Below, in pieces: positions 42,112 to 50,744 of a DNA stretch of 64,000 nucleotides. This DNA is from an uncultured Phycisphaerales bacterium. Its GTDB lineage: Bacteria > Planctomycetota > Phycisphaerae > Sedimentisphaerales > Anaerobacaceae. A program made the position numbers and the translations under genes. The notes below the pieces were generated by a model. That model searched no databases. It saw only the letters and a program-made list of their open reading frames with translations, and was not told the DNA's origin. The stretch covers positions 736,001-800,000 of the forward strand of contig OY970359.1 of the NCBI GenBank assembly GCA_963718665.1. The letters are read 5' to 3'. Position 1 is the stretch's first letter. Each line of letters opens with the position of its first letter.

Positions 42112-42723
42112 TCAGACCATTTTCGCCAGGCCGTCGAAGCAGATTTGCGACCAGGTTTCCATAGTATCGCGAACCTCCTGCAATTCGGAGATACTCATAA
42201 AGCCCATCTGCGTTATCATTTGCTCACGCCTCTCGACCTTCGGTTCATCCAAAGTCCACAAATGCACGATTCCCAGATGCACATGGCCAACCTCGTTTGA
42301 ATCGTCATTGAGAAGAGCGACAATTTTATCAGTGTAAGCCGCTTTCACCGAAACTTCTTCAGCTACCTCTCGCTGCACGGCTTCAAGGTAAGTTTTATAT
42401 GATTCCGCAGTGAATAACGTCCAATCAACAGGGTTTATATGGCCGCCGATGCCGAGAGAACGTTTGGCGACAAGGCGGGTTTCGCCCGCGCGTTTGCCGC
42501 GGACATAGCTTAGGTATTTGCCGGTGCAGGTCATAATCACATAAGGGATGAGCTGCTTAAAGGACGGGTCTTTTTCGGCCTGCGGCCGGGGCATAAAACG
42601 GGGAACGCCCGGGGCAAAAAGTTTATCGAGATACTTTTGAGTATCCATCGCAAGGCCGTTAAACGCGCCTGCGCTTTCAAAGACCTTCCGCTGGACTACC
42701 AATACCTGTTCATCTTGTGCCAT
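42112..42723 (-). CDS. NUDIX-like predicted phosphoesterase
   Basis: AEKDPSFKQLIPY, GETRL, SLGIGGHIN, REVAEE, VHLG. Confidence 0.8.
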   Translation of the reverse strand: MAQDEQVLVVQRKVFESAGAFNGLAMDTQKYLDKLFAPGVPRFMPRPQAEKDPSFKQLIPYVIMTCTGKYLSYVRGKRAGETRLVAKRSLGIGGHINPVDWTLFTAESYKTYLEAVQREVAEEVSVKAAYTDKIVALLNDDSNEVGHVHLGIVHLWTLDEPKVERREQMITQMGFMSISELQEVRDTMETWSQICFDGLAKMV

Positions 42724-42760
42724 TCCCTGCTCCGTTTTTTACGAGATTATGAACGACATC

Positions 42761-43240
42761 TTAAACGCCCATACCAGAGACCTTGGTCTCAAAAACCATC
42801 TTGTCGCCTACTAAGCCCTGGATATAGGCGTCGTATTTTCGGCCCGGCTTGAATTTTGTTATTTTACCTAAGAGCAACAGTCGCTGGCCCGGCTGGACAG
42901 TCGCACGGAACTTAGCCGAGTCAATACTGGCAAAACCGATGAAGCAGTTCTCGCCCAGAACATGCCTGACGAAGTAACTAAGCAACTGGGCAGCCGACTC
43001 AATCATAATCACGCCCGGCATAAGGGGTCTTCCCGGTATGTGTCCGCGAATCCAGAACTCCTTGTCGGTTACGTCCTTGTAACCGAGCACAAGCATATTG
43101 GGCTTGTCATACCAGAGCACGCCATCGAGCTGCTGCATTTCGTAATTCTGGGGATTGACCTTTAGGATGTCATCCCTGTTAAAAATCGGCTTGCCGGCGA
43201 GGTTTATCTTCGATAAATCGAATAATAGCGGCGGAGGCAT
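42761..43240 (-). CDS. 3-hydroxyacyl-ACP dehydratase (FabZ/FabA family)
   Basis: EFWIRGHIPGRPLMPGVIMIESAAQ, KFRATVQPG. Confidence 0.88.
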   Translation of the reverse strand: MPPPLLFDLSKINLAGKPIFNRDDILKVNPQNYEMQQLDGVLWYDKPNMLVLGYKDVTDKEFWIRGHIPGRPLMPGVIMIESAAQLLSYFVRHVLGENCFIGFASIDSAKFRATVQPGQRLLLLGKITKFKPGRKYDAYIQGLVGDKMVFETKVSGMGV

Positions 43241-43363
43241 TATTTATCCCTGAAAATGGGGACTTGGCGCAATTGCTGTCTCTCACTCGAACCGCCCCAC
43301 GGCCATCCGCGTCAGCGAGCCGATATAAGCCAAATCCAGCGTCCAAAATGTGCCTGTTATTAC

Positions 43364-43537
43364 CTACTGTGTTGTTCTGATTTCGAGAACTTTGTTGCGA
43401 ACAAGCTGGGCCGCCTGCTTGATACTCTGCATCTGCTTGCGAACCCGCGTCCCTGCGGCCTTGTTTCCGCCCTCGGCCTTGCTGACGTCTGCTTCAATTT
43501 CTGCTACCATTACTTTCAAATTTTCGTACTCTTGCAT
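43364..43537 (-). CDS. Histone H1-like protein Hc1 family (57 aa, absent from the ORF track)
   Basis: MQEYENLKVMVAEIEADVSKAEGGNKAAGTRVRKQMQSIKQAAQLVRNKVLEIRTTQ with GNKAAGTRVRK signature; GGAGG RBS; TTGACA upstream at 43622-43627. Confidence 0.85.
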   Translation of the reverse strand: MQEYENLKVMVAEIEADVSKAEGGNKAAGTRVRKQMQSIKQAAQLVRNKVLEIRTTQ

Positions 43538-43673
43538 CGATGTGCCTCCAGTTAAGTAAGAGGGTTAACGTTCCTTGTTTTCCAAGCTGATGACTGAAAC
43601 TTATACTATACAAAACCGCCTTGTCAAAGAAAAATCGGCGTTTTTTTCAAAAAAACCGCTATCCCCAAAACTT

Positions 43674-44150
43674 CTAATGACCTAATTTTTTGGTCAACTC
43701 CGCGATTCTTTTGCCCCAGCGGGCGCAAAGTTTCTCGACCCTCTGGTCCGGCTTGCCTATCGAAACCGGCCCGTAGTGGTCGCCCTGCGGGTCGCCCTGC
43801 ACCACCATACCGCTGATAATCATCGCGTGCAGAATATCTAAAACCGTCGTCTCATTGCCGCCGGCGATATTGGCGGAACTGGTAAAGGCCGCCCCGACCT
43901 TGCCGTCTAACTGACCGTGTTTTACCACCGCGTCGTCAATCATTTGCTTCATCTGTGCCGCCATACCTCCGTAATAAGTGGGCGAACCCATTACTATCGC
44001 GTCGTATTTGAGCAGGTCATCAACTTTTACTTTGGCGAGTTCTTTGCAGTCGGTCTCCAGCCCGCCTTCGTTCATCGCCTTTGTTATCATCTCCGCCATC
44101 TGCTTTGTATTGCCGCTCCTCGAATAATAAATCACTATTCCCTTAGACAT
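43674..44150 (-). CDS. Flavodoxin / WrbA-like NAD(P)H oxidoreductase
   Basis: YYSRSGNT, GSPTYYG, GKVGAAF, GGNETT. Confidence 0.88.
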   Translation of the reverse strand: MSKGIVIYYSRSGNTKQMAEMITKAMNEGGLETDCKELAKVKVDDLLKYDAIVMGSPTYYGGMAAQMKQMIDDAVVKHGQLDGKVGAAFTSSANIAGGNETTVLDILHAMIISGMVVQGDPQGDHYGPVSIGKPDQRVEKLCARWGKRIAELTKKLGH

Positions 44151-44183
44151 TTTTTACTCCTTTTCTGTTTATCTGTGGAAACC

Positions 44184-44951
44184 TTATTTTTTCAACGGTA
44201 TTATTTCCGGCTTGCCAAAGCCATCTGGAATTGTAAACTCAAACACCTTTTCGTCAATCGTCTCATTGACCTTCGGCTTTGCGAAACTAATCTCGTAAAT
44301 ATCATCCTCGGTTGAAACCGCTGAGATTTTCGCAGGCAGCATCAATCCCTTGTCAATCCAGACCTCAACCAATTTGTAATCGTCCTTGTATTGCGAATCA
44401 GGTTTGACCTTCAAATGCAGATGCGTTAATCCGTTTGGTTCGCCGACGAGATTAATATCGAACTGCTGCTGTAAATCTTCCGTCTTATCAAAACCAATCA
44501 GCGGGAAATTTCTCTTGGCCAATTCAAACGCGTCAATCTGCTCATTGGCCTCGGCCAACTGCCTCTTCTGCACCTGCTTAATCTGGTAATCAATATGCGT
44601 AAGCCACCGGCCATCGAAAATATATTGCTCGCCATATTTCTGCTGAGGATTTTCATCCTGTGTGAGGGTATCGAAGTTGATTCTCAGTTTTGAACCATTG
44701 CCGAGCCGGGCGTAATACAGGTTGCCCGTCCGCAGCGTTTTCGATTCGAGCACCGGCTGGCTGAAAAGGTAATTGACTTCGCATTGATACGATTGCAGCC
44801 GGCTTGTCTTTTGCTTAAGGCCATCCAGAATGCTCGATACATAATTCGCGTCGCCCGTCGATTGTTCGGCACAGGATGCTTGACCGCATCCGCCGACTGT
44901 CACCGCCAAGATAACCAGTATTCTCAACATAAAAACCCTTTGCCGCCGCAT
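44184..44951 (-). CDS. LolA-like outer-membrane lipoprotein carrier
   Basis: GGC lipobox, G.LYY..., FDGRWL.HIDY..KQV, F..PKVN..I....F.F.IP.G; start uncertain. Confidence 0.7.
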   Translation of the reverse strand: MRRQRVFMLRILVILAVTVGGCGQASCAEQSTGDANYVSSILDGLKQKTSRLQSYQCEVNYLFSQPVLESKTLRTGNLYYARLGNGSKLRINFDTLTQDENPQQKYGEQYIFDGRWLTHIDYQIKQVQKRQLAEANEQIDAFELAKRNFPLIGFDKTEDLQQQFDINLVGEPNGLTHLHLKVKPDSQYKDDYKLVEVWIDKGLMLPAKISAVSTEDDIYEISFAKPKVNETIDEKVFEFTIPDGFGKPEIIPLKK

Positions 44952-45026
44952 AAACAGTATTACCATACGCCAACGAACTTTTGTTAATTAAAAATTGGGA
45001 ACTGCCATTCGTAACTGTCCCTAATT

Positions 45027-45290
45027 TTACTCATTCCTGTTTTCGAGTTGAGCTATGAAATCTTCAAATTGTTTTTTCTGCCATGTGGCATATTTATGGT
45101 CTTTTTTTCGTATGTCTTCATCGTCCCTCCAATGATAAAGCAAACAATAAATACGATTCAATAATACATCGGATGGACATTTGGGCCATTTATCAATTAC
45201 TTCTTGAGCTGTCAATTGCCCGTTAATCATTTGCCATAGCAATAAAATGGCCGTTGCCCGTTGATTTGTATCTTTTTCTATGTTATCCAT
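45027..45290 (-). CDS. Small AT-rich orphan protein
   Basis: 87-aa ORF filling the gap between the HAD and LolA-like genes in the same orientation. Confidence 0.6.
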   Translation of the reverse strand: MDNIEKDTNQRATAILLLWQMINGQLTAQEVIDKWPKCPSDVLLNRIYCLLYHWRDDEDIRKKDHKYATWQKKQFEDFIAQLENRNE

Positions 45291-45319
45291 TTTTTCTCAG
45301 CGTTCTCTGCGGTATTTTA

Positions 45320-45904
45320 TTACCTGCCGTCGATAATCTTGAGCAAACCAGCGATATTTTCAATAACAAAATCGGCATACTGCGCAAATTCGTCGGCCTT
45401 GTGATGATTCTTTAATAATACCGGAATCGCCCCTGCGGCCCTGGCACAAAGCAAATCGAAAAGATAATCGCCTACTACCAATGCCTCCTGCGGCTTTATC
45501 CCAAACCGCTCGCAAAGATACAGGACGCCAAAGGCATCGGGCTTTACCGGCCCATCCTCTCTGCCCACAACCGCGTCGAATTTCAAGCCGTGTTTTGCAG
45601 CAACCGCAAAGGCATTTTCCTTCTTGTTTCGGGTCAATATGCCTATGAGAATTTTCCTCCTGCGCAGTTCTTCGAGCGTCTCTTTTGCGCCGGGATTCAA
45701 CGTCGATTCGGCGACCGCTTTTTCCTCGTGATAATGTAAAATCTTTTCTACTTCCGCTCTCTTTTGCGGCGTCATTTTTTCCATCAATTCGAGAATCGGC
45801 CCAGCGTCGGTCGGCACGCCCATTTCCCGACGAATCGCGTCAAAATCAAAAAACGGCTGCGTTATCGTTCCGTCGAGGTCAAATATCACCGCTTTAATTC
45901 GCAT
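45320..45904 (-). CDS. HAD family hydrolase
   Basis: FDLDGT, LTRN, KP, VGDYLFD motifs. Confidence 0.9.
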   Translation of the reverse strand: MRIKAVIFDLDGTITQPFFDFDAIRREMGVPTDAGPILELMEKMTPQKRAEVEKILHYHEEKAVAESTLNPGAKETLEELRRRKILIGILTRNKKENAFAVAAKHGLKFDAVVGREDGPVKPDAFGVLYLCERFGIKPQEALVVGDYLFDLLCARAAGAIPVLLKNHHKADEFAQYADFVIENIAGLLKIIDGR

Positions 45905-45917
45905 ATCGAACAATCCT

Positions 45918-45990
45918 CACCGCTGAGATCGCAAAGCACGCAGTGTTTATTTTTGAGTTTTTCTCCGCGGTCTCCGCGTGCTCTGCGGTA
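45918..45990. repeat. ACCGCAGAG/CTCTGCGGT-type inverted-repeat element
   Basis: CACCGCTGAGATCGCAAAGCACGCAG ... CTCCGCGGTCTCCGCGTGCTCTGCGGT; related copies at 32830-32903, 45295-45314 and 47773-47872. Confidence 0.7.
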
Positions 45991-45997
45991 AATCCTC

Positions 45998-46879
45998 TTA
46001 TGATTTTCCGCGAAGAAGCTCTATCAGGTATCGCGTTTCCTGGCTTATGACGCGGTCTTTGCGAACAAGGATGCCCGTCGGGCGAACAAACCTCTCATTT
46101 GAAAACTCAATCGCCTTTATGGTGCCCGCCGCAAGCTCCTGCGATAACGCGGTGCGGGGCAAGATACTGACGCCCGAATTGATTTCAACCGCCCTTTTGA
46201 CCGTCTCGATGTTGTCGAACTCCATCGCGGGCCTTATGACCACGTTATACCGCTGAAAAATTCCGTCTATCCAATCCCGCGTAGGCACTCCCTCCTCAAA
46301 ACCGATAAACCGCTCCATCTGCAGCTTATGAATATCAATCTGCGACTGCTTTGCCAGTGGATGCTTCGAGCTGCATGCCAGAACCAGCGGCTCATCCTCA
46401 AACTCATACACATCAAGCCGCTTATCCCTTCTCGGCACCGCGACAAGACCGATATCAAGCTCGCCCGCCAGCACCAGCTCGTAAATTTTTTCCGAGATAA
46501 AGTACGCCACGTGAACGTTGACGCTGGGCCTTTTGACCATAAATCTTTTGATATACTCCGGCAGCGAATGCATACCGATACTGTAAATCGCTCCCACGTT
46601 TATCCTGCTCTGGGCAGCCGACTTGAGCGAGTTCATCTCGCTGTTGAGCTGGTCGTACCTGTCCACGATATCCCTTGCCGCCCGATATAAAAGCTCTCCG
46701 GCGGCCGTCAATTCCAAAGGTCTTTTCTGCCGGTTAAGTAATTGGCACTTGTGCTCTATTTCCAGTTGAGCCACCTGCTGCGAAACCGCCGACTGACTGA
46801 CTAAATGCTTATCCGCCGTCTTGGAAAAACTCCGCAGCGTCGCCAAATCGCAAAACATCCTCAATGTTTCTATGTGCAT
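45998..46879 (-). CDS. LysR family transcriptional regulator
   Basis: SFSKTA...SQSAVSQQV..LE HTH, LTAAG, LysR substrate-binding domain. Confidence 0.93.
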   Translation of the reverse strand: MHIETLRMFCDLATLRSFSKTADKHLVSQSAVSQQVAQLEIEHKCQLLNRQKRPLELTAAGELLYRAARDIVDRYDQLNSEMNSLKSAAQSRINVGAIYSIGMHSLPEYIKRFMVKRPSVNVHVAYFISEKIYELVLAGELDIGLVAVPRRDKRLDVYEFEDEPLVLACSSKHPLAKQSQIDIHKLQMERFIGFEEGVPTRDWIDGIFQRYNVVIRPAMEFDNIETVKRAVEINSGVSILPRTALSQELAAGTIKAIEFSNERFVRPTGILVRKDRVISQETRYLIELLRGKS

Positions 46880-46977
46880 TATAAGTCCCCTTGATGAACC
46901 ATATTAAACAAACCTGTATTTATCCTGCTGGTAGTTAGTATTCTTATGCTATTATAAGTTTAATCATGGGCAATTGC

Positions 46978-46992
46978 ATAAGTTTTACTTAT
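46978..46992. promoter_or_regulatory. LysR-type operator
   Basis: ATAAG-N5-CTTAT palindrome containing T-N11-A, about 100 bp upstream of the LysR gene. Confidence 0.55.
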
Positions 46993-47150
46993 TTTAACAA
47001 TTGCCTGATAAAATGCAATCCTGACTTTCGCCCTGATATAACTTGTCAAAATCTGGAAAGGACGGACTTATACGAAAAAGGGGCCTGACCCCTTTATGGG
47101 GTGCCCTTTTTGTTGCCTTCAAACGAAAATGCAATTACAATCTGCTATTG

Positions 47151-47236
47151 GTAGGGTGGGGTTTACCCCATCATTACTGAAAAAATATACTCATAAACTT
47201 GTGAAACCCGTCAAGTAGTGTGCAGACCACACCCTG
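47151..47236. repeat. Pair of inverted GTAG-type REP palindromes
   Basis: GTAGGGTGGGGTTTACCCCATC and, on the other strand, AGGGTGTGGTCTGCACAC. Confidence 0.55.
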
Positions 47237-47246
47237 CTGGTTCTCG

Positions 47247-47423
47247 CTATTTAGGCACGCTGAAAATGGCTAACCGCCTGTTCCCGAAGTTGAAAGTTTG
47301 AAGAAGGGCGGCGACAAAGACACGTTTTCTCCCCTTCACAATTGCAAGCCGCCAACCTGCCCCCTTTGTCATCCTCTCGCCTTTTCCGGCTTTCTGCCCC
47401 TTAATGCTGATTTCAGTAGCCAT
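47247..47423 (-). CDS. Small basic hypothetical protein (58 aa)
   Basis: AAGGAG RBS 6 nt before ATG 47423. Confidence 0.6.
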   Translation of the reverse strand: MATEISIKGQKAGKGERMTKGAGWRLAIVKGRKRVFVAALLQTFNFGNRRLAIFSVPK

Positions 47424-47682
47424 ATTGATCTCCTTACAAATTTGATGTGACTGGATTCTCTTGTCTTTCACGATTCATCCGGCCAATGCGCTGTTTGTGT
47501 TTCGCCCTCCGTGTTTCGCGTCTCAAATAATTCTACTGGCCGTGTATCTTGACACAAGGTCCCCAACAGTTTCGACAATTCCCAAGCTTATGCCCAACCC
47601 GTCTGCTTGTCAATCCGGTGGCCGAATATCAGGGCGTCTTTTTTATTGTCTGACGGTCTCGTGACAGATACAATCCTACTCG

Positions 47683-48501
47683 ATGGAAAGAGAAATTGAT
47701 ACAAGCAAAGTCGTCCGCCAGCACGCTGAAATGGCGGAATTCTTCTCCGGCGGATTAACCGTTAAAAAATTAACCGCGGAGCACGCAGAGAACGCAGAGA
47801 AAGAAATTAAATTAAACTCTGCCCCCGCTGCTGTCTTGCGACAGCAAGACGCGGGGGCGGTCTCGGTGGTGAAAAAAACTCGCCCGCCCGCCTCGCCTGA
47901 GGTCATCAAGGAACTTGAGGATATAGCCGAACAGACGCGCAAATGCCGCAAATGCGAACTCGGCTCACTGCGCAAAAACGCTGTGCCGGGAGAAGGCAAT
48001 ATTTCCGCCCGCATAATGTTCGTCGGCGAAGCCCCCGGAGCAGATGAAGACACACAAGGCAGACCATTCGTAGGAAGAGCGGGACAATTGTTGGACAAAA
48101 TCATCGCCGCCTGCGGCCTCAAACGCGAAGACGTCTGGATTGGCAACATCCTCAAGTGCAGGCCGCCGGATAACCGCGACCCAAAACCTGAAGAGATAAT
48201 CGCCTGCATCCCCTATCTGCAAAGGCAAATCGAGCTAATCAACCCGGAAATCATAGTCGCCCTCGGCGCACACGCCGCCAAGACATTACTCGATACCCCT
48301 AAAGCAATAGGCCAGTTACGAGGCGTTTTCCACGAATATATCCCCGGCATAGGCCACAAACCCATAAAACTTATGCCCACTTTCCACCCGGCCTACCTGC
48401 TTCGCAACTACTCCGACGATAACCGCAGAAAGGTCTGGGATGATATGAAAAAGGTCCTGGCGGAACTGGGCCTGCCTGTACCTCAGAAAACAGGTAAATA
48501 A
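47683..48501 (+). CDS. Uracil-DNA glycosylase family 4
   Basis: CRKCEL, VGEAPG, GRPFVGRAG, KCRPP.NR.P, TFHPAYLLR; N-terminal linker contains a repeat-derived insert. Confidence 0.92.
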   Translation: MEREIDTSKVVRQHAEMAEFFSGGLTVKKLTAEHAENAEKEIKLNSAPAAVLRQQDAGAVSVVKKTRPPASPEVIKELEDIAEQTRKCRKCELGSLRKNAVPGEGNISARIMFVGEAPGADEDTQGRPFVGRAGQLLDKIIAACGLKREDVWIGNILKCRPPDNRDPKPEEIIACIPYLQRQIELINPEIIVALGAHAAKTLLDTPKAIGQLRGVFHEYIPGIGHKPIKLMPTFHPAYLLRNYSDDNRRKVWDDMKKVLAELGLPVPQKTGK

Positions 48502-48665
48502 TCACCACCTGAATCGCTTTGCTCTCTGGCTATCCCAAGCAGCGCAACTCGCCTCTAATTTGCTTGCAATTTTGCCCTTTTGGCTGTAAAGTATGCGAAG
48601 TTTATCTGAGTGAATTTTTCCTTCAGGATTCTGCTTGTTGTAATATCCTGATATTAAAAAAGTTA

Positions 48666-48738
<73 letters not shown>

Positions 48739-48858
48739 CTCAAAAACGTGGTTTTTAGCGTCGGGAGATTTCCAACTTGTCCGCTGTTTGTCTTTTTTGG
48801 GAAGGTCGACAGGGGATTTCGGACAAAATGAGGGATAATCCGTAGAGGGCACACAAGG

Positions 48859-49908
48859 ATGATAAATGCGAAAACAGTTTTTGTTCTGGGTGCTGGGGCC
48901 AGTTGCCCTTATGGTTATCCTTCTGGTGTACGTCTCCACAAGCGGGTATGTCTCTCTAAGGGATTTTTGCAGGATTATAATGCGGAGAGGTTGCCAGATT
49001 TCTCAAAATTTGCGAGAGATTCTAAATTACAACAGATAGAAGAATTTAAGGATGCCTTCAACAAATCGAGTATCAAATCAATAGACAAGTTTATGGCATA
49101 TAATCCCAAACTTGCACCGATTGGAAAATACATCATTGCTTTTGAGATTTTAAGGGCCGAGCAGCAGAGTCTCTTTGGGGAAGAGGCCAAATTAGAACAG
49201 GAAATAATTGAGTTTGACCATAGGGGATTCGCTTTCCAACCAGAAGACTATTTGTCACGACGATTTTTTCAAGGTGATGATTGGTGTTCATACCTTTATA
49301 ATCGACTTATTGAAGGGGCAGTTGGCCCCAGTGCACTTCCTAACTTTTCTGATGGCAAACTTGTATTTATTACATTTAACTACGACAGGTCGCTGGAACA
49401 ATTTTTTTACGAAGCCCTCCGTAATTCATTTACAGGGTCGCAGGAAGACGACATTGTTAAATCATTGGAGCAGTTGAAAATTCTGCATGTTTACGGTCAG
49501 ATTGCACCCCTCAAATGGCAGAACCCAAAGGATTATATTGATTACAAGACACAAATGAGCGAAGTGTTACTACAACGTGCGGCAAATAATATCAGAACAA
49601 TACACGAGGAGAAGCAGAATCCGGAACTGACAGAAGCACAAAACTTACTAAAACAAGCCGAACAGATATTTTTTCTTGGTTTTGGATATGCACAGGAAAA
49701 TATGGAAGTCCTGAAGCTGTCAGGGATAATCTCGGAAGCGTCTCGGTGTTACGGGACGGCGTTTGGTTTAGAGACAAGGGAAATTCAGGACATACGTGCT
49801 AAGATTATTCAAGGAGTGCAACGCGGTTCGGCTATGTATTGGAACCGAGATTTAATAAAAATTGAGAAAGAAATGGATTGCCTGAAATTATTGAGAAATT
49901 ACTTGTAG
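48859..49908 (+). CDS. SIR2-like (SIR2_2/AbiH-type) domain protein
   Basis: VFVLGAGAS...P.G, ITFNYD, LHVYG, FFLGFGY; AT-richer than flanks. Confidence 0.75.
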   Translation: MINAKTVFVLGAGASCPYGYPSGVRLHKRVCLSKGFLQDYNAERLPDFSKFARDSKLQQIEEFKDAFNKSSIKSIDKFMAYNPKLAPIGKYIIAFEILRAEQQSLFGEEAKLEQEIIEFDHRGFAFQPEDYLSRRFFQGDDWCSYLYNRLIEGAVGPSALPNFSDGKLVFITFNYDRSLEQFFYEALRNSFTGSQEDDIVKSLEQLKILHVYGQIAPLKWQNPKDYIDYKTQMSEVLLQRAANNIRTIHEEKQNPELTEAQNLLKQAEQIFFLGFGYAQENMEVLKLSGIISEASRCYGTAFGLETREIQDIRAKIIQGVQRGSAMYWNRDLIKIEKEMDCLKLLRNYL

Positions 49909-50134
49909 GGCTGGCAAACCAGGCATTCAATTCCCCTGCTCTGAGCTTGCTCTTTTGAACCCTTGACGCGATAGGTCGCAGCCGAAAAATGCCCTCGCTC
50001 TTAGTGACAACGGCGGCGGGACAGTGGCCTTGCGAGTAAAAGTCACTCAACAGTGACCGCCGACTGACCCTTTTTTGCAGACACTCTGGAAGAATTTACA
50101 AATCGGCGTATCTGCGTTTTTAATCCGAACGAAT

Positions 50135-50398
50135 CTACCCACCTGATTTTTGAAATTTATCCTTGTTATCAACCCAAATATGGACACTTTCTTCTACCCA
50201 AGAAAGAAGTACATCTTCCACTGCTTGACACCCCACCGACATACTCAAATCATAGGCCGCATCAGTAATGCCGCAAACAAAAGGGCTAAATGGTTTGCCG
50301 TTTTTGAAATCTTGGAGATACGTACTCCCGCGTTTTCTAATCATCATAATTTCGTATTTCTCACCCTTGTACTCAATAGTTTTTAACAATTTAGTCAT
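50135..50398 (-). CDS. Small AT-rich hypothetical protein
   Basis: AAGGAG RBS before ATG 50398; 87 aa. Confidence 0.6.
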   Translation of the reverse strand: MTKLLKTIEYKGEKYEIMMIRKRGSTYLQDFKNGKPFSPFVCGITDAAYDLSMSVGCQAVEDVLLSWVEESVHIWVDNKDKFQKSGG

Positions 50399-50744
50399 TT
50401 TGATTACTCCTTTATCTCGCCATATCAAGAACTCCAAGAAGTGCCTGCCTTTTGCCCCCAGCCAAAGGTGATTTTCATTATACGCTTTCTGATAGTGGAA
50501 TCAAGGCAAAACGGGCATTGCCAGTTGATACCTCAAAGGATATGTTTTCCGGTTATGGAAAAGGCCGCAAAAACACACCAGCTTTACGATACCCTGCTTG
50601 ACATCGGCCAGTCGGAGCGTAACATTAGGGGTTGAACCGGCAGCAAAAGACACAAGGTTTTAATGCAATTTCGGGCTTTTCTGAAACGTCCTATCAGGAA
50701 AGGTCAACCGCACCCGCAAGTTTATAGGATTCTGAGAACAAGAT

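Noticed and set aside
43245..43360. Structured ncRNA between the Hc1-like and fabZ-like genes
   Set aside because: Only a short TGGGG/CCCCA pairing; no match to SRP, 6S or riboswitch motifs I can recognise
49832..50050. Minus-strand 72-aa ORF as a recombinase remnant
   Set aside because: No diagnostic motif, overlaps the SIR2-like gene, no RBS
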